From the NCBI RefSeq assembly GCF_009914755.1, contig NC_060938.1: a stretch of 64,000 nucleotides of DNA, one strand, 5' to 3'. This DNA is from the human T2T-CHM13v2.0 reference genome, Homo sapiens. Both the position numbers and the translations under genes were made by a program. The notes under the pieces were generated by a model. The model searched no databases and was not told the DNA's origin. It saw only the letters and a program-made list of their open reading frames with translations. Below are positions 30,861 through 46,101 of the stretch, piece by piece; positions within the stretch are counted from its first letter, which is position 1, and each line of letters starts with the position of its first letter.

Positions 30861-33028
30861 TTGTATGATTTCTGCAGAGCCCTACCATGCGGTGGAGGGA
30901 AAAGTTTATGATGAGAAACTTCAGGAATAATGATTTAAGCACTATTGTATTGTCATTTATCAGTGTGGGAACAGCATCAAGAAATCTGCACATTTCAGTC
31001 CTTTATAGAATGCAGAGGTGAGGAAAGAAAAAACACTTCTCTCAACACTTCCTTTTTTGGATTTTCTCCTGTATCAGATATAGCATAGGATTGCTGACCA
31101 GTGTTCACAGCTCCAGTGGGATCCTGGGTATTTCTAAGACAGAGCCTCTCTGAGCAGGAGATGTCTAGGGGTGGGTGAAGCAGTGGGCACGCTGTAAAAG
31201 CAGATCTCTCATGTTAGGCTTTCTTTCCCATTTGTAGTTATGTGGTTGAAAGATCCTTCTTTTGGTCAAGTATCTGTTTACTTCCACACAAGTATGTGGC
31301 TATTGTTATGTTCACAAAACACTCTGTTCAAAAGTCGACCTTCAAATATCCTTGATGGTAGAAAAGCAAACAAATGTGTCATTGTTCACTTAGATGACAC
31401 AGGGCACCTCCCAATGTTTGCTCTAATCTGCTAATACCCTGTGGCAGGTGGAATCAGTTAAAAGAATTCCCACAAGAACCATTTTCTCAGTTGAACAAGA
31501 TGGAAATTGCTCTGGATTAAGTTCAAATATCATTTGTGACTGTAGCACATAAAGACATTAAAGAAGTTTATAACACTGTGATGACTACTGTTCAACCATT
31601 ACTTTCTCTTAAGATCCATCTCTATAGCCTATTCCCAAAACTTGGTAAGAAAATATAATGTGAAAGAGTGAACAACATAGCTATTTCACAGTAGGTCTAG
31701 TAATTCATATATGTTTAGTAATTCATATAGAGTCTAATTTTAAAAAATAAAGCAGGTAAAAATGACACTGATTGTTTCATTCATGGTCAGTCACAGAATC
31801 CCCCAGTATGGACCATGACAAACATCATGAGACATGCAAGAGGCACCAATATCCATAGTGGAAGCAAAGTCTCTGGAAGATACAAGTCAATCATTTGCCA
31901 CAAATAATTTCCTGGGAAATTCATAACTGGGTAATTCCCATACAAGATGACTTCAAAAATGAAGTAGTGATCTGATTTCTGAGTCTGACTACACAACTGA
32001 ACATATCAATAGAAAATGCACAAATCTTGAACAACAGGAGCCATAGTACTGATGAGATTATGTATTCTTATAACCTGTATAGGGAGTCCAATTGATTCAA
32101 CACCGATGTTCTAAGATTTTATAAAATCAATAATTTTGAAGAAGAAACTGATATCACTGTTTCGTAGAAACGTCACAAAATTAAGGAAGACTTTAGCTTT
32201 GGCAGAGGGGCAAAGGGAAAAGCTAAATGAAGAAGCACAAAAATAAGACATGTTATCATCTTGGGAAGTCTTTGGTTTCATGTCTACTGCTGACTCACTC
32301 ATTTTAATGACAATTCAGAAAATAGTATCTTCAGGATATTTCTATGTTAGCAACAAACAATTATTGATAAGTCTATATAGTTACATTTTTATACCTGCTT
32401 CACTCAAGAAGCAGTTGTAGTGAAACATAAAAATATGGAATATGATATTTCTGGTATCCTAAAATAAATTAGAATGAATAGATATAGCCTGTATTACCTA
32501 AGAGACACATTAATTTTAAACTTGTTTCCGTATTAAATCTTTATTATCTTTGCTCTATGTTATACAGTGAATGAAAAGTACACACTGGGGAAATATGGAA
32601 AATATCCTGAGTAGTACAATTCGTCTTGCAGCAAAACATTATGATCATTGTTATAATACATGTGCAGAGCTAAAGCCATTAATTAAAGTTTATGATTCTA
32701 GTTTTAAAAATTCAAAGAAGCAACTTATACTTCCTTGAAAGTGTAAAAGCATGTTAATAGCCTATTTACTTCGCAAAAAAATCAATAACAGAATCTGGCC
32801 CCATTACAAAATTCAAGAGGTACTATACTTAAAAAAAAAATCTATTAGTTAAGCAAATTCCATTACTTGAATGTGTTCCAAATAAAGAAGTTAATATTGA
32901 TGAGAGACAGAACAAATTAAAGTATATTTAAAAACTCATAAAAATATAAATTAAAATATTGAAAATAACAGGAAAGAAAGTCTATGAATATTTTGGAAAT
33001 TGTCATTAGGGAAAAGAGTGGCAATCCT

Positions 33029-33952
<924 letters not shown>

Positions 33953-35101
33953 AGTCCCTAGCATTTATCATGAATGCCTCCTTTCTGCAGGGTGCATTAA
34001 CACTAGACGGTGATCTCTCTACCACTCTCTGGAACAAACGCAAACTTTAAAAGATGGTCCCCATGTCCACTTCTGAAAGAAGGAAGTGTAGGCTTAAATA
34101 ATCAGCAACTATTTTGCATTTTAATGTGGCTGTGTTTTAATAATTAGTAGTTAGAATCCAGAACATGTGAGAGACATACTTCATATCTCACCTTTTAAAA
34201 GGTGGAAATTAAAAAGAGGACATATTTCAATGAAGGGGAATCTATGAAGGGGAATGTTGTGAGGGAGATGCAAGAATAGAAAATAAAGCTCAACAAAAAT
34301 AGTAACAAAATCTCCTAAAGAAATTTTCAGAGGAAGTTTGATTTTGTAAAATTGAATTTGAAGGATTTCAAAGAGCAATTTAAAAGATCCTTACAAGTTT
34401 AAGAAAAATTGAGACAAAACAAAAATGCTGGTATCTACAAACTTTTAAAGAGAGCAGGAATTTGTCCCCCAAGGAAGGATATGCAACAGTTACTGAGGAA
34501 GGCTTTAAGTGACCTGTTCAATGGGAGAAGGAAAGAAAAAGCAAAAGAATCCTGATGGTAAGGATAAAGATTTCCCCAAGATAGCAGAAGTATTTCAAAG
34601 AATAAAACATAAAAATAGAGACAGTGAAACAGGAGATGGTTAAACAAGCAACAGTTGAAAATTAGGTTAAAAAAATTGGTAAAAGACCTCTGTAGATAAC
34701 ATTCAATTGGGTTTTTTTTTTGACATTTGAGAGTTTTAGTTACGTTAATATATGTAAGGCATAACATAATTCATTAATTTAAAATGAGAATAAAGTAATA
34801 AATGTGAGAACACTTTGATAAAAATATACAACTACAAAGTGTATTATATTTTGCATTCATTAAGATGCTTGTCTTGCTATTGTTTTTGTCGATAATAATG
34901 TGATGATGTAGTTTATTGACAATAGTGAGGCATGCATATTTAAGTATACTTGCCATTGATGTCAAAGTCAATAAAAACTTAATTGTTCTATTATAATTCT
35001 TGAATAATCTTTCTTTGTGTATGTTTAGTTATGCACTTTAAGTTTTTTTTCTCAAAAAAGTACACTAATTTCAATTAGTCATTTTTTAAAACTATTTTTT
35101 G

Positions 35102-35398
35102 GGCTGGGTGCAGTGGCTCATGCTTGTAATGCCAGTTTGGGAGGCAGAGGTGAGAGGGTAGCTTCAGTCCAGGATTTTGAGAACAGCCTAGGCAATATGG
35201 CAAGACCTCACATCTACAAAATATGAAAAAGTAAGTTGGGCATGGTGGTACGCACCTATAGTCCCAGCTGCTTGGGAGACTGAGGCAGGAAGATCACTTG
35301 AGCCTGGGAAGTCAAGGCTGCAATGAGCCATGATCATGCCACTGTACCCCAACCTGGGTGACAGAGCGAGACACTATCTCCAAAAAAAAGAAAAAAAC
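35102..35398 (+). mobile_element. Alu (AluJ-like)
   Basis: Dimeric Alu. Confidence 0.9.
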
Positions 35399-35631
35399 AA
35401 CTGTTTTTGGCCATCCACAAAAATGAAACTCTACAACCATAATCTCATTAATTTTCACATAATTCCAGGGAGGTTATCTAGCGTAATTTATTATATCCTT
35501 TTTTTATCTTAGGAAAATCAATGAAGGATAATTAGTATAAGTAATCTATGCCTATGAACAGTACCTCTGGCTGGAGCAAAGGAACTAGTTCATCTAGATG
35601 GTCATTTGAAAATTCAATATTTAAAAATTCA

Positions 35632-35941
<310 letters not shown>

Positions 35942-38232
35942 CTAACCAATTAGATAAACCTCATTGGTTTATCTAATTTATTTATCAAGTTTACTTGATG
36001 GAGACACGGGTATTTATGTTTTTTACTTTTGAGGTTGATCTTAATTAATATCATTGCATATTTTACCTCTTTGAGACTCCATGATTTCTTCACCTTTTTA
36101 TCCAAGAAATAAAAGTATAAGAAGGATCTTATATATTAATAAATCTTAAATTTCTCATTAGTATGACTCCATTCTAAGCCCCATCTTATAATTTTTTTAA
36201 TTTATGAAAATATAGAAACCATACCACCAAAATATACAATTTTAATACATTTACACATGCTTTTACTTCTAGGTGAGAAATAAAACAGTATTGCTGAGAA
36301 AATTATTAGAAATATGAACTACATCTCAGCTGTGATTACCTTAAAATCAATATTCCTTTATCTGAACAAGCAGCAGCAAAAATCATTAAGATGGGACTCT
36401 AGCAATTTAGGTTAAATTACAGCTCAATCATGAATTTGTTAGATCAGTTGGACAAATTGTTCCAACAATTTCCATTTCTGCCTCTTTTAAGTGTAATAAG
36501 CATAATCATCCTTGTTGGATACTATTATTTTGAAACCCATGTTTTTGGAAAAACTTTCAAGATTCTTAGATATCTAATATAAGAGAGGAAAGATACTATT
36601 ACGAAAGTAATGTCTGTCAAGGGGTAAGGTTTTTTTATCACATATATTTGAAATCATGTCCTTATTCATCCCCATGTGGGTGGTATGTGTGTTCACATAC
36701 AACTCAGAGTAACACAGTATTTCATGAAATAAAATCCAGAACAGGCTTTAAAAAATATTAAGAATCCCGAGGAGTAAAGCAGGTGAATTTGTTTAAATGC
36801 CTGAATCCTGAGGACTCTTTTATCAATTCTACACAGCATCCAAAACATGTCAATGCTGTGGGTTCCTCTGTTAATCTGTTTTTGAATTTCCCAAGTGAAA
36901 AACATACCAAAGAAACAAAATTCAATTTAGAACTAGCTGCAGAGAGCCATGGACATGACTGGCTATGTTAAAACTCCAGCCCACCTCCACTGCGTGCACA
37001 AGCCATCCAGCTGCCCCTCGTAGCACCCAGCTGTCCCAGTGACGGTGTTTCCATGGCTATCACTACCACTACTCTGCCCCTGCAGCCTGTTAGACAAACA
37101 CCCTTTGCTGTTTCTAAGAGTGCTTGCAGATCCACATAATTATCTTTTGTAGCTCTGATTCCCAAGGATTTGACCACTAGCTAAAACAACCATTTACCTG
37201 TTTTCATAAATCTTTTTTTCAGTTTTATTATTTATAATGGTTTTTTATATTGTCACAGCCGCCACCCCTTCCTCCACAATGCACGTCCTTTTCCCGTTAG
37301 CTTTTCTCTAAGTCTCCCTTAAATCTCAGCTAACAAGATCTCCTATGTATGACTAGCCATTCCTTTTCTTTGAATGTTCTTTAAAACAGACAAACCCCTA
37401 TGATGACACACAGTTGGCTAAAAGTACATCATCAGGTGATCATACCACCGGTAGCAACTGTTAAGAAATCCCAGAGGTTAAAAGAGAAACCTGCTTTTCA
37501 GACCCAGTAAACTAAGAACTATCTTACAGTAGCACAGAATCAGCAGATGTTAAGCCTCAGGTCGTTGCTAGAGGACGTATTCCAAATTAGAGACCTTGGG
37601 GACCTCATCAAATTTGCCAGGATGTCTCAGTTTCTCCATTCTGCCTGGTGTATCCCTAAGAAAAAAAATTAAATAGAGTTTAGTTTTGGAACTAAAAGAG
37701 ATTTGTATATTCACAATGCTTTCCCTGTGTCTAATAGCTTTAAGAGGTAAGTTTTTTTCAAACATTATTATTGTGGGTGTTCAACAAGGCTAAATATGTT
37801 TGTTGTTGTTGGTTTTTTTTCAAACCAGATTTACTTTTAAAAAGTACAACATGAAATCTGTGGATTATCAGAACACTTTTTAAAATTAAAGTATTTCTTC
37901 TTTTTCTATATTTTAAGTATAAAAAAGCAAATGACTTTTAATTTGTGCCTTCAGCTACTCATGTTGCATTAACTTAAACTGTATTAAAAAGTCATTTCTA
38001 CTTTCCAGGTATTATAAACTGTCATGCTCCTAATAAAAAATTTTATATCACAGAAAATGTAATTTCCAAATTGCAATAAACAGCTTCTTTTCTCAGGTCC
38101 AGAGTCAAATATTGACTTTTTTAGCCCTGTTGGATTGTTCATTGACATAAATAACACTAGAGGGTGAGCAATGAATTTTTCTGATTTATGCAACATTGTC
38201 CTAATATTTCTGGAGGATAAAAATAGTTACAT

Positions 38233-39430
<1,198 letters not shown>

Positions 39431-40499
39431 TAGTACCTTGTACTACCCACAAGCGTCCTTGCCTCTGTGCCCTAGAATTCTCTGAATCAATTCCAGCTTT
39501 CTACTTCTGATTTGGACAAGTTCAAGTGAAAGTTCAGAAATCTTATGGGCAAGCCCTATCTTTTATTGATCCAGTTCAACCTATAATTGTCCTAGGACTT
39601 AGTGTAGTTCTTTCTGAACCCAATGCTTGAATTATTGAATTGTATTCTCTTCGGTGTAAGCCATGGTCCTCTTTGAAGCTCAAAGTCTATGTACAAAAAC
39701 AAACAAACAAAACTAAATACAGAAAGAACTCAGACTCAGTGGTTAGCAGTATAACCCCAGGTCCCTTCCCTCCTAGACACTAAGCAGAGTCATGATGCAG
39801 ATTACTATTCCTCAGAACACACTGGCTTAATGTGTTGGGACTTTGCTTTTTGTTTTGGCAGGTCTCAAAAGTTTCTTAATGCTCTGGGACCTTAACCCTA
39901 AGAAAAGCTATGAAACTATTGCTACCTCTGCACATGATCATCTTCATGATACTCATGCTCTAATTGATCATGACACTGTGTCCCAGATTTGTCCTTAGAA
40001 TCCTTTTCATCATGCTACATGTAGCCACTAATTTTCAGTTGCATTTGCTACAAGAGAAGCCCATTCAGCATGGTTTGTTCAAATGGGGGAGGGGGCTAGG
40101 AGGCTGGGAGGAGGCAGGGGTAAGGGAAGGGATTCATTAACAAGAGGGGACCAGGCACAGAGGAAGAGGGAGTCCTACAGGCATAAAGAATGCTAAATTT
40201 GAAAAGAGCAAAGAGTTTTCAACACCGTAAGAAAGAAAAAAAGTTTACCAAATCTGATGGCCTTTTTCCTTTCATAGTTACACCAATACTATACGTGTCA
40301 TACTTAAGAATATTTGTTCTTATAAGAAAAGAACACAATAGACTTGAAGTCTGGAGATCGAATGTTATTCCTGTTTTACTTCAACTAACCACTCTGGTTG
40401 ACCTGGTACTTTCCTTTGAGGTTTTCTTTTATGTATTTGTTTTACTGTATATTTAAATACACACATGTGTGTATGTATGTGTGTATCTGTTCCTGCTAA

Positions 40500-40950
40500 C
40501 AAAAGCAATTTATTCTTATTTTGAAATTTCAACTATTAGTAAGACATATAATGGAAAAAATAAGTAAAGATCCCCCATAATATCTCTCCTAGAGAAAAAC
40601 CACTCAGTGATTTGGTGTCCATTCCTTCATTTTTTTTTTCTATTAACATTTAGTTTAGTCTTTTTAACAACTGCATAGTATTCCACTATTAGAATGCATC
40701 ATATTTTATTTAACCACTACTGATGGACTTTTGAGTTGGGGACAGTATTGTCTTATTACAAGTAGTGCTTTAGTAAACATCCTAATATATATGTTTTTGT
40801 GCATTTGTGCAAGTATTTCTCCAGAGAAAATTTCTATAAGTGAAATTGCAGGATTGGAGAGTATGCACACTTAAAGTTTTAATAGATCTCCAAATACGTC
40901 ATATCAAGGTAGACTCTCAGTAGCAGTGTATTAGACTGCATATTTCTGGT
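40500..40950 (-). mobile_element. Degenerate L1M 3' fragment
   Basis: ACTGCATAGTATTCCA..., GTAAACATCCT..., AAGTGAAATTGCAGG resemble a reverse L1ME 3' end. Confidence 0.55.
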
Positions 40951-41559
40951 TTGTTTTTTAAGGAACATGAAAACAATGAGAAAAAGTGTTTAAAGATTAG
41001 GCTCCTATATTCTTAGGCCACAGTACTTAATAGGCAAAAAATAATCATGTCTCCAAGGGGAGTAATATCACAGCTGTGGGTTGTCAGGACGTCACAACCA
41101 GTAACAAATCTCACAATGTACCTTCTTGTACATTTCATTGATTTCTGAGATTCCTCAGCATTATTGGAATGGAAGAATACGATAGTATTTATATGGTTTC
41201 ACATTAAAAAGTGAGATAAAAGGAGGAAAGTAAAACTTGTTTATGTTGTAATTTTTATTCCTTGCTTCATCTTCAGTTCTAACGCTCAGTCTCAAGATCA
41301 GGACAGCACATTATTGGTAATAATGTAATATAAAAATTTAGGTTCCTAAAAGTGACAACCTATTTTCTTCACCAAGTATCAGTGTTTAAGAAAAAACAAC
41401 TAAACAACAAATTTGGGTAGAAAAACATATGCCTCTTCAAAATTACTTATTGTTTTTAGTTTAAACACTTACAACACTGCCTAGCCTTGTGTGACTTTTG
41501 TATAAAATAGTGAGCAAGTGTGGCCTAGTGGACAATATACTAATTAATAGCTAATACTA

Positions 41560-41685
41560 ATAACTACTACTATTTTTGAGTACTAACACAGGCACTGTGT
41601 TAAGTGTTTTACAAGAATTATCTCATTTAATCTTCATTATAACCATATGACATGAGAGCTATTATTATCCCATCTACAGATACAA
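41560..41685 (-). mobile_element. MIR fragment
   Basis: CAGGCACTGTGTTAAGTGTTTTACA...TCATTTAATCTTCA...ATTATTATCCCAT. Confidence 0.7.
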
Positions 41686-42945
41686 CATATAGTTTTTTCC
41701 TGATAAGCACTTTAAGCACAGTTACAAATACAGATGCTTTGGACAGTGATTTATAATGCTGGAAAGTGCCTTAAAGCTCATCTTCCTCTTATAACTCATT
41801 TTTCCCTTGGAAGGCGATACTGATTGATTACATCTTTACTTTTCCTACCTTCGGTATTGTGAGGATTAAACATTACACAAAAATAGGACATGCAATTCGT
41901 TCTGGATTTATTTGACAATGAAGGGGAGAACGGTGGATCTTCTCAGCTGGGATTGAGCAGGGATCTGAGCCAGCCTCAGAAGCTGGAATCCTGCCCATAG
42001 GGTGGCCCTGTTTCACTTCCTTGCTAATGCCCAGGTGGGCACAACGTGGCTCTACTCTTCAAAAGTTCTCTTAACACAGGAGAGGTCTCAAGCTAGCCCT
42101 AAACAAGCAATAGGATTAGATCCTTGATGCTCATGGATAAACCATCCTGAGGACAATTTACCTCATTGATGAATTACTGTTGGGCAATTTATGAGTTGTA
42201 CTATAATGTGAAAGTGAGGGAGAAGAAAGCCTCAATGTACAGTAAACACAGAATTTGGCAGAAAGGGATCCATGTAGGAAAAGAAGCCCGCGAATCTTAG
42301 TAGGTACATGCTGGGCACAGCATGGGCAATAACTTTTGAGGTCTGTAGAAGAAAAAATTGTATCACTGAGATAAAGTAAAAGAAGAGAGAAAATGATGTG
42401 AATGCACAAAGAGGGATTAACATTCGTTCCGCTTCAATACAAAAGTATATTGTGCTTGTATTGAAATATCAATTTTGAACAATACTTCATCTGCGCCCCA
42501 GGCTATTCGTAATAAAGATGTCCTCCTTGGAGCATAATGAAGAAGTCTCAGAAAGTTAGCAGTTAGAGGGAAGATGATAATCAATCAGCCTTGACGCAAT
42601 TTGATCAAAAGTAATGAAAGAGATGGAGAGTAGGCGAGTGTTCTGAGCAGCAAACACTTAAGGAAAGAGCATTCGTTTTTACTGGTGTAACCTTTGGTAT
42701 TTAATGCATTTACAAATGAGAATCTCATCTCTGCCTGCCATTCTTCTTTGTTTAAATATTGGTTGTTTATTAAACTCAATTCCTTAACAAAGTATTCAGT
42801 ATCTAGTCATGCTTTTATGTAAGAAAAGATTCTCCAAAAAAGATATATTTTAGAAATTGATTTCTGAACTTTAGGTTTCACACTATCATCCCTTTCAGGG
42901 CCAGAAAGCAATTAGCTTTCTGTCAAACTGGGAAGTTAATCTGGA

Positions 42946-45327
42946 ATGTTTTCAGGATGCTCAAGTTCCTGCAAGCTTTATACCTAAAGCAGATTCGCAG
43001 CTGTTCAGAGAACAACCTTTGAAGTAATCATGCTTTGCTAGCATCTCAGATGTTTTGCTTTGATCTGCAGGTACCATTTTTCCTAAAAAAAAAACTTTCT
43101 TATGATTGTTGTATTTCTTGTCACCAAACATTTAAGTTCTGCAATGTCCATATTCCTGTAAACCAAGGTTGACATATATGGGCAAATATTTTGCCAGTTG
43201 TGTTGTTTTTGGTAATATACAAGTAAGAGAAACAATATCACTGAAGCTGTGTTTTCTTTTAAATTCTCATTAAAATTCATTTTGATTATATAGTAATTTT
43301 ATATTTTCCTTTCATGTTCACATTCTGGAATTTGAATAAGAAAGATGAAGTCATTTATCTGCAAACTTTATGCAAAATGAGAAAAAGAACAAACAATTTC
43401 TTAATGAGTTTTATTCCTATCATTGTTACAGCATAGGTTTTAGGAAGTTTTGTATAAAAGTATTTGATAACTAATATATGTTTAACAATTAATGAAATAT
43501 TTACTAATTATCTTGCATATGAAATGGTATTTATAAAATGTGATGGAGAAGGAAAAAAAGAAAAGTGAAAAGGAAACAAGCAAGGAAGGGAGAAAAGGAA
43601 GAAACGCTAACAAGAGAAGATGGAAGTAAAAGAGAAAACAGCTAAAGTCAGGAAAGAAAACAAAAAGAAAGAAGATCAAAGAAAAGGAGGGAGACAAAAA
43701 GAAAAAAAGGCAAAATTGAAGTGATTATTTTCTACAAATCTCATTGAGTTATTGCTATTAATATATATTTCTGTATGTGTATAAATGTATATATACACAT
43801 ATATACATATACTTCTTTAAATAAATGTCTTTATTTCCTGAGTACACATAATACTAAGAAAAAGCAGTCCCAAATGTTTTTCTTTCCTGTTATTACATTT
43901 TAAGGGAAAGAAGATCTTAAAAGGAATATTTCCCAACCTTCTTGAATGCAAGGATAATGCAGCATGGTTATTATTTACAGTTTTAAAAAGCATTGCTTCT
44001 GTAAATTTTCCTACCCTGATATTTGCTGTTGAGGCATTCATCTGTTTATTTTAAAAAGATAATTGAATAGCTTATGGAACACTTTACCTCCTACCAACGT
44101 AAGGGGCTAAAAATGTTGAATAAATGAATAAACTGTAAATTAGTGTCTATAAAAGTCATTTAGATCTTAAAGTCAGATTACTCTCTGAAAAACTGGTATC
44201 TACTCTTCCAGAGGGCAATAAATACATGTGAGGTTAGACTTTATAACATTGCGTTTCAAAAATGTATTATAATCTAGCATCGCTAATCTTGATACAAACA
44301 TTTTTAGCTTAGTTTTTATGTTTTGAATTCAGCTTTGATACCAGGACCACCTTGTGATTAGAAATCCTGTTTTGTCAGTTAGAATGTAGCCTGCTTCAGC
44401 TTATCTGGTCAATAGCTTTTCGCTCTGTTGCATACCTTGAGCATATGCATCAGCTACAATGTTTATAGGTAGCTGTATGGTGTTTGACACAGCACATGGC
44501 GTACCTTTAAAACAATTATAGCACTGGGATTTGGATCTGAATTTATGTTGCCTTGTCAAAGTTTCCTCTTTGTAACATGGTAGCCTTTTAAATATTAGGC
44601 AGCTACCTGCAACACTGGGCATTCAGACTAACCCATCAGGCTTATGGCATCTTGCTCTTCTCGTTCCCTCTCTGTGTGTTGGTACATCATGTTAGGTTTA
44701 TGCAGTAGACGTAGATAGGAAGCAAGCCAATTGGCTACAGGGTATTGAAAGTCAATTGCTGAGAATGATAAAAGACAAGGATAGCCTTCTCTGCAAAGAA
44801 GTGCTAAGAAGATTCTAAACGTATACAAGGATCTCAAGAGAAACAGTCCCAGATAGCAACACTATTCAGTCTTAGACTATGGCTGATACTATACACTTCT
44901 CCAGCTCCTCTGCTCCTCAGAGCAGAAAACAGAAGATTTTGAAATGAGCACCACCCCAGCTCCTGAATACAATGGTACCTTTCATCTATTTCTGGTGACT
45001 TTTATTTTCTTTTGTTGCTGGATCCCCTACATAATTGTAAGCATATCGCAGGCAAGCACAATGGTAAACAGTGGGTGGACGCTTCCTCCGCAGATGCAGA
45101 CAATATCTGCCTGGCCAGCACTGCTTAATTCAGCCATTAACCCACTTTTAGACGCTCTTTTGAAGAAAAGGTGCAGAAAAGCTCTTAAGAACTTAAAGGA
45201 GAAGACGCTTTTCAAATTTCGTTTTCTGGTTCAAGATGTTTTGGTGAGTCTATCTGAAAATGCTAAGGAAAAAAGCAGAAAGAAAGGCCTTCCAAAGAGT
45301 CTTAAACAACCCCCAGGCCTCTTTTAG
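42946..45327 (+). pseudogene. Decayed two-exon class A (rhodopsin-like) GPCR pseudogene
   Basis: TM1/ICL1 NFLMIVVFLVTKHLSSAMSIFL (43093-43158). TM2 remnants VD...ILPVV. Donor at 43223, acceptor at 44344. TM3 FCQLE...SVAYLEH. TM4 GIWI...FPL. TM5 YGILLFSFPLCVL...RKQA. TM6 FIFFCCWIPY (45001-45030). TM7 LNSAINPLLDA (45124-45156). Basic helix 8 KKRCRKAL. 5' boundary uncertain. Confidence 0.82.
43545..43715 (+). repeat. GA-rich low-complexity tract
   Basis: Almost pure purine sequence inside the putative GPCR intron. Confidence 0.8.
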
Positions 45328-45935
45328 AACAAGCAACATGCGTAACATTTGGCAATGTGCAACACTGCAACTCATAAAGCAACCCAGTCTGATAAAGAAA
45401 TACAGGAGTATATTTCAAACAATTTTTCTGATGGGGAAGAGAGATCCATCTGGATTGTGGGAGTTTGCAAATCAGAAGCAAGCAGCCCTTTCATACCCCA
45501 GTGGTAGAGGGTCTGAGGATGAAGATGAGTGCAGACGACATAACTCACAGACTAGAAGTTCAAGGTTTGCTGCCTGACATCTTGGAAGCAGCTACAATAG
45601 TTTCCTCTCTGGTGCTCCTGCCTTCACTAGTTTCCCCATCCAATCCGTCATACACACAGCATAGAGTAATATCCTTGAGGCACAGTGATTAAACTATGCA
45701 CTCTGATTGAAAGTTTCAGTGGTTGCCATTCCCCAGAGAGCAAATGGACACAAGGCCCTCTTCCACAGCCCCCTCACTTGCAACATGCTCTTGCTCACAA
45801 TACTAGACAAAGTACTTGATATTTTCTGGACATGCCCTGTACTTCTTCTTGATAAGTCTTCATCTTATTCTTTTCTCCTAGAATACTTATGCTCCACCTA
45901 GAATGCTTATGCCTCATTCTCTTTTATTGAAATCT

Positions 45936-46091
45936 TGGCTGGGCACAGTGGCTCCCAGCACTTTGGGAGGCCGAAATGGGAGAATTGCTTGAGCCTAGGA
46001 GTTTGAGGCTACAGTAAGCTGTGATTATGCCACTGCACTCCAGCCTGGGCAACAGAGCAAGACCCTGTCTCAAAAAATAAAAAATAAAAAA
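45936..46091 (+). mobile_element. Alu monomer (FAM/FRAM-like or recombined arm)
   Basis: Left-arm start fused to right-arm end, plus A-tail. Confidence 0.8.
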
Positions 46092-46101
46092 TCCTACCCA
46101 T

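Noticed and set aside
40085-40131. G-run cluster (possible G-quadruplex)
   Set aside because: Irregular long loops and no functional context.
42946-45327. Assigning a specific gene symbol to the GPCR relic
   Set aside because: I cannot recognise it with confidence; a database search is needed.
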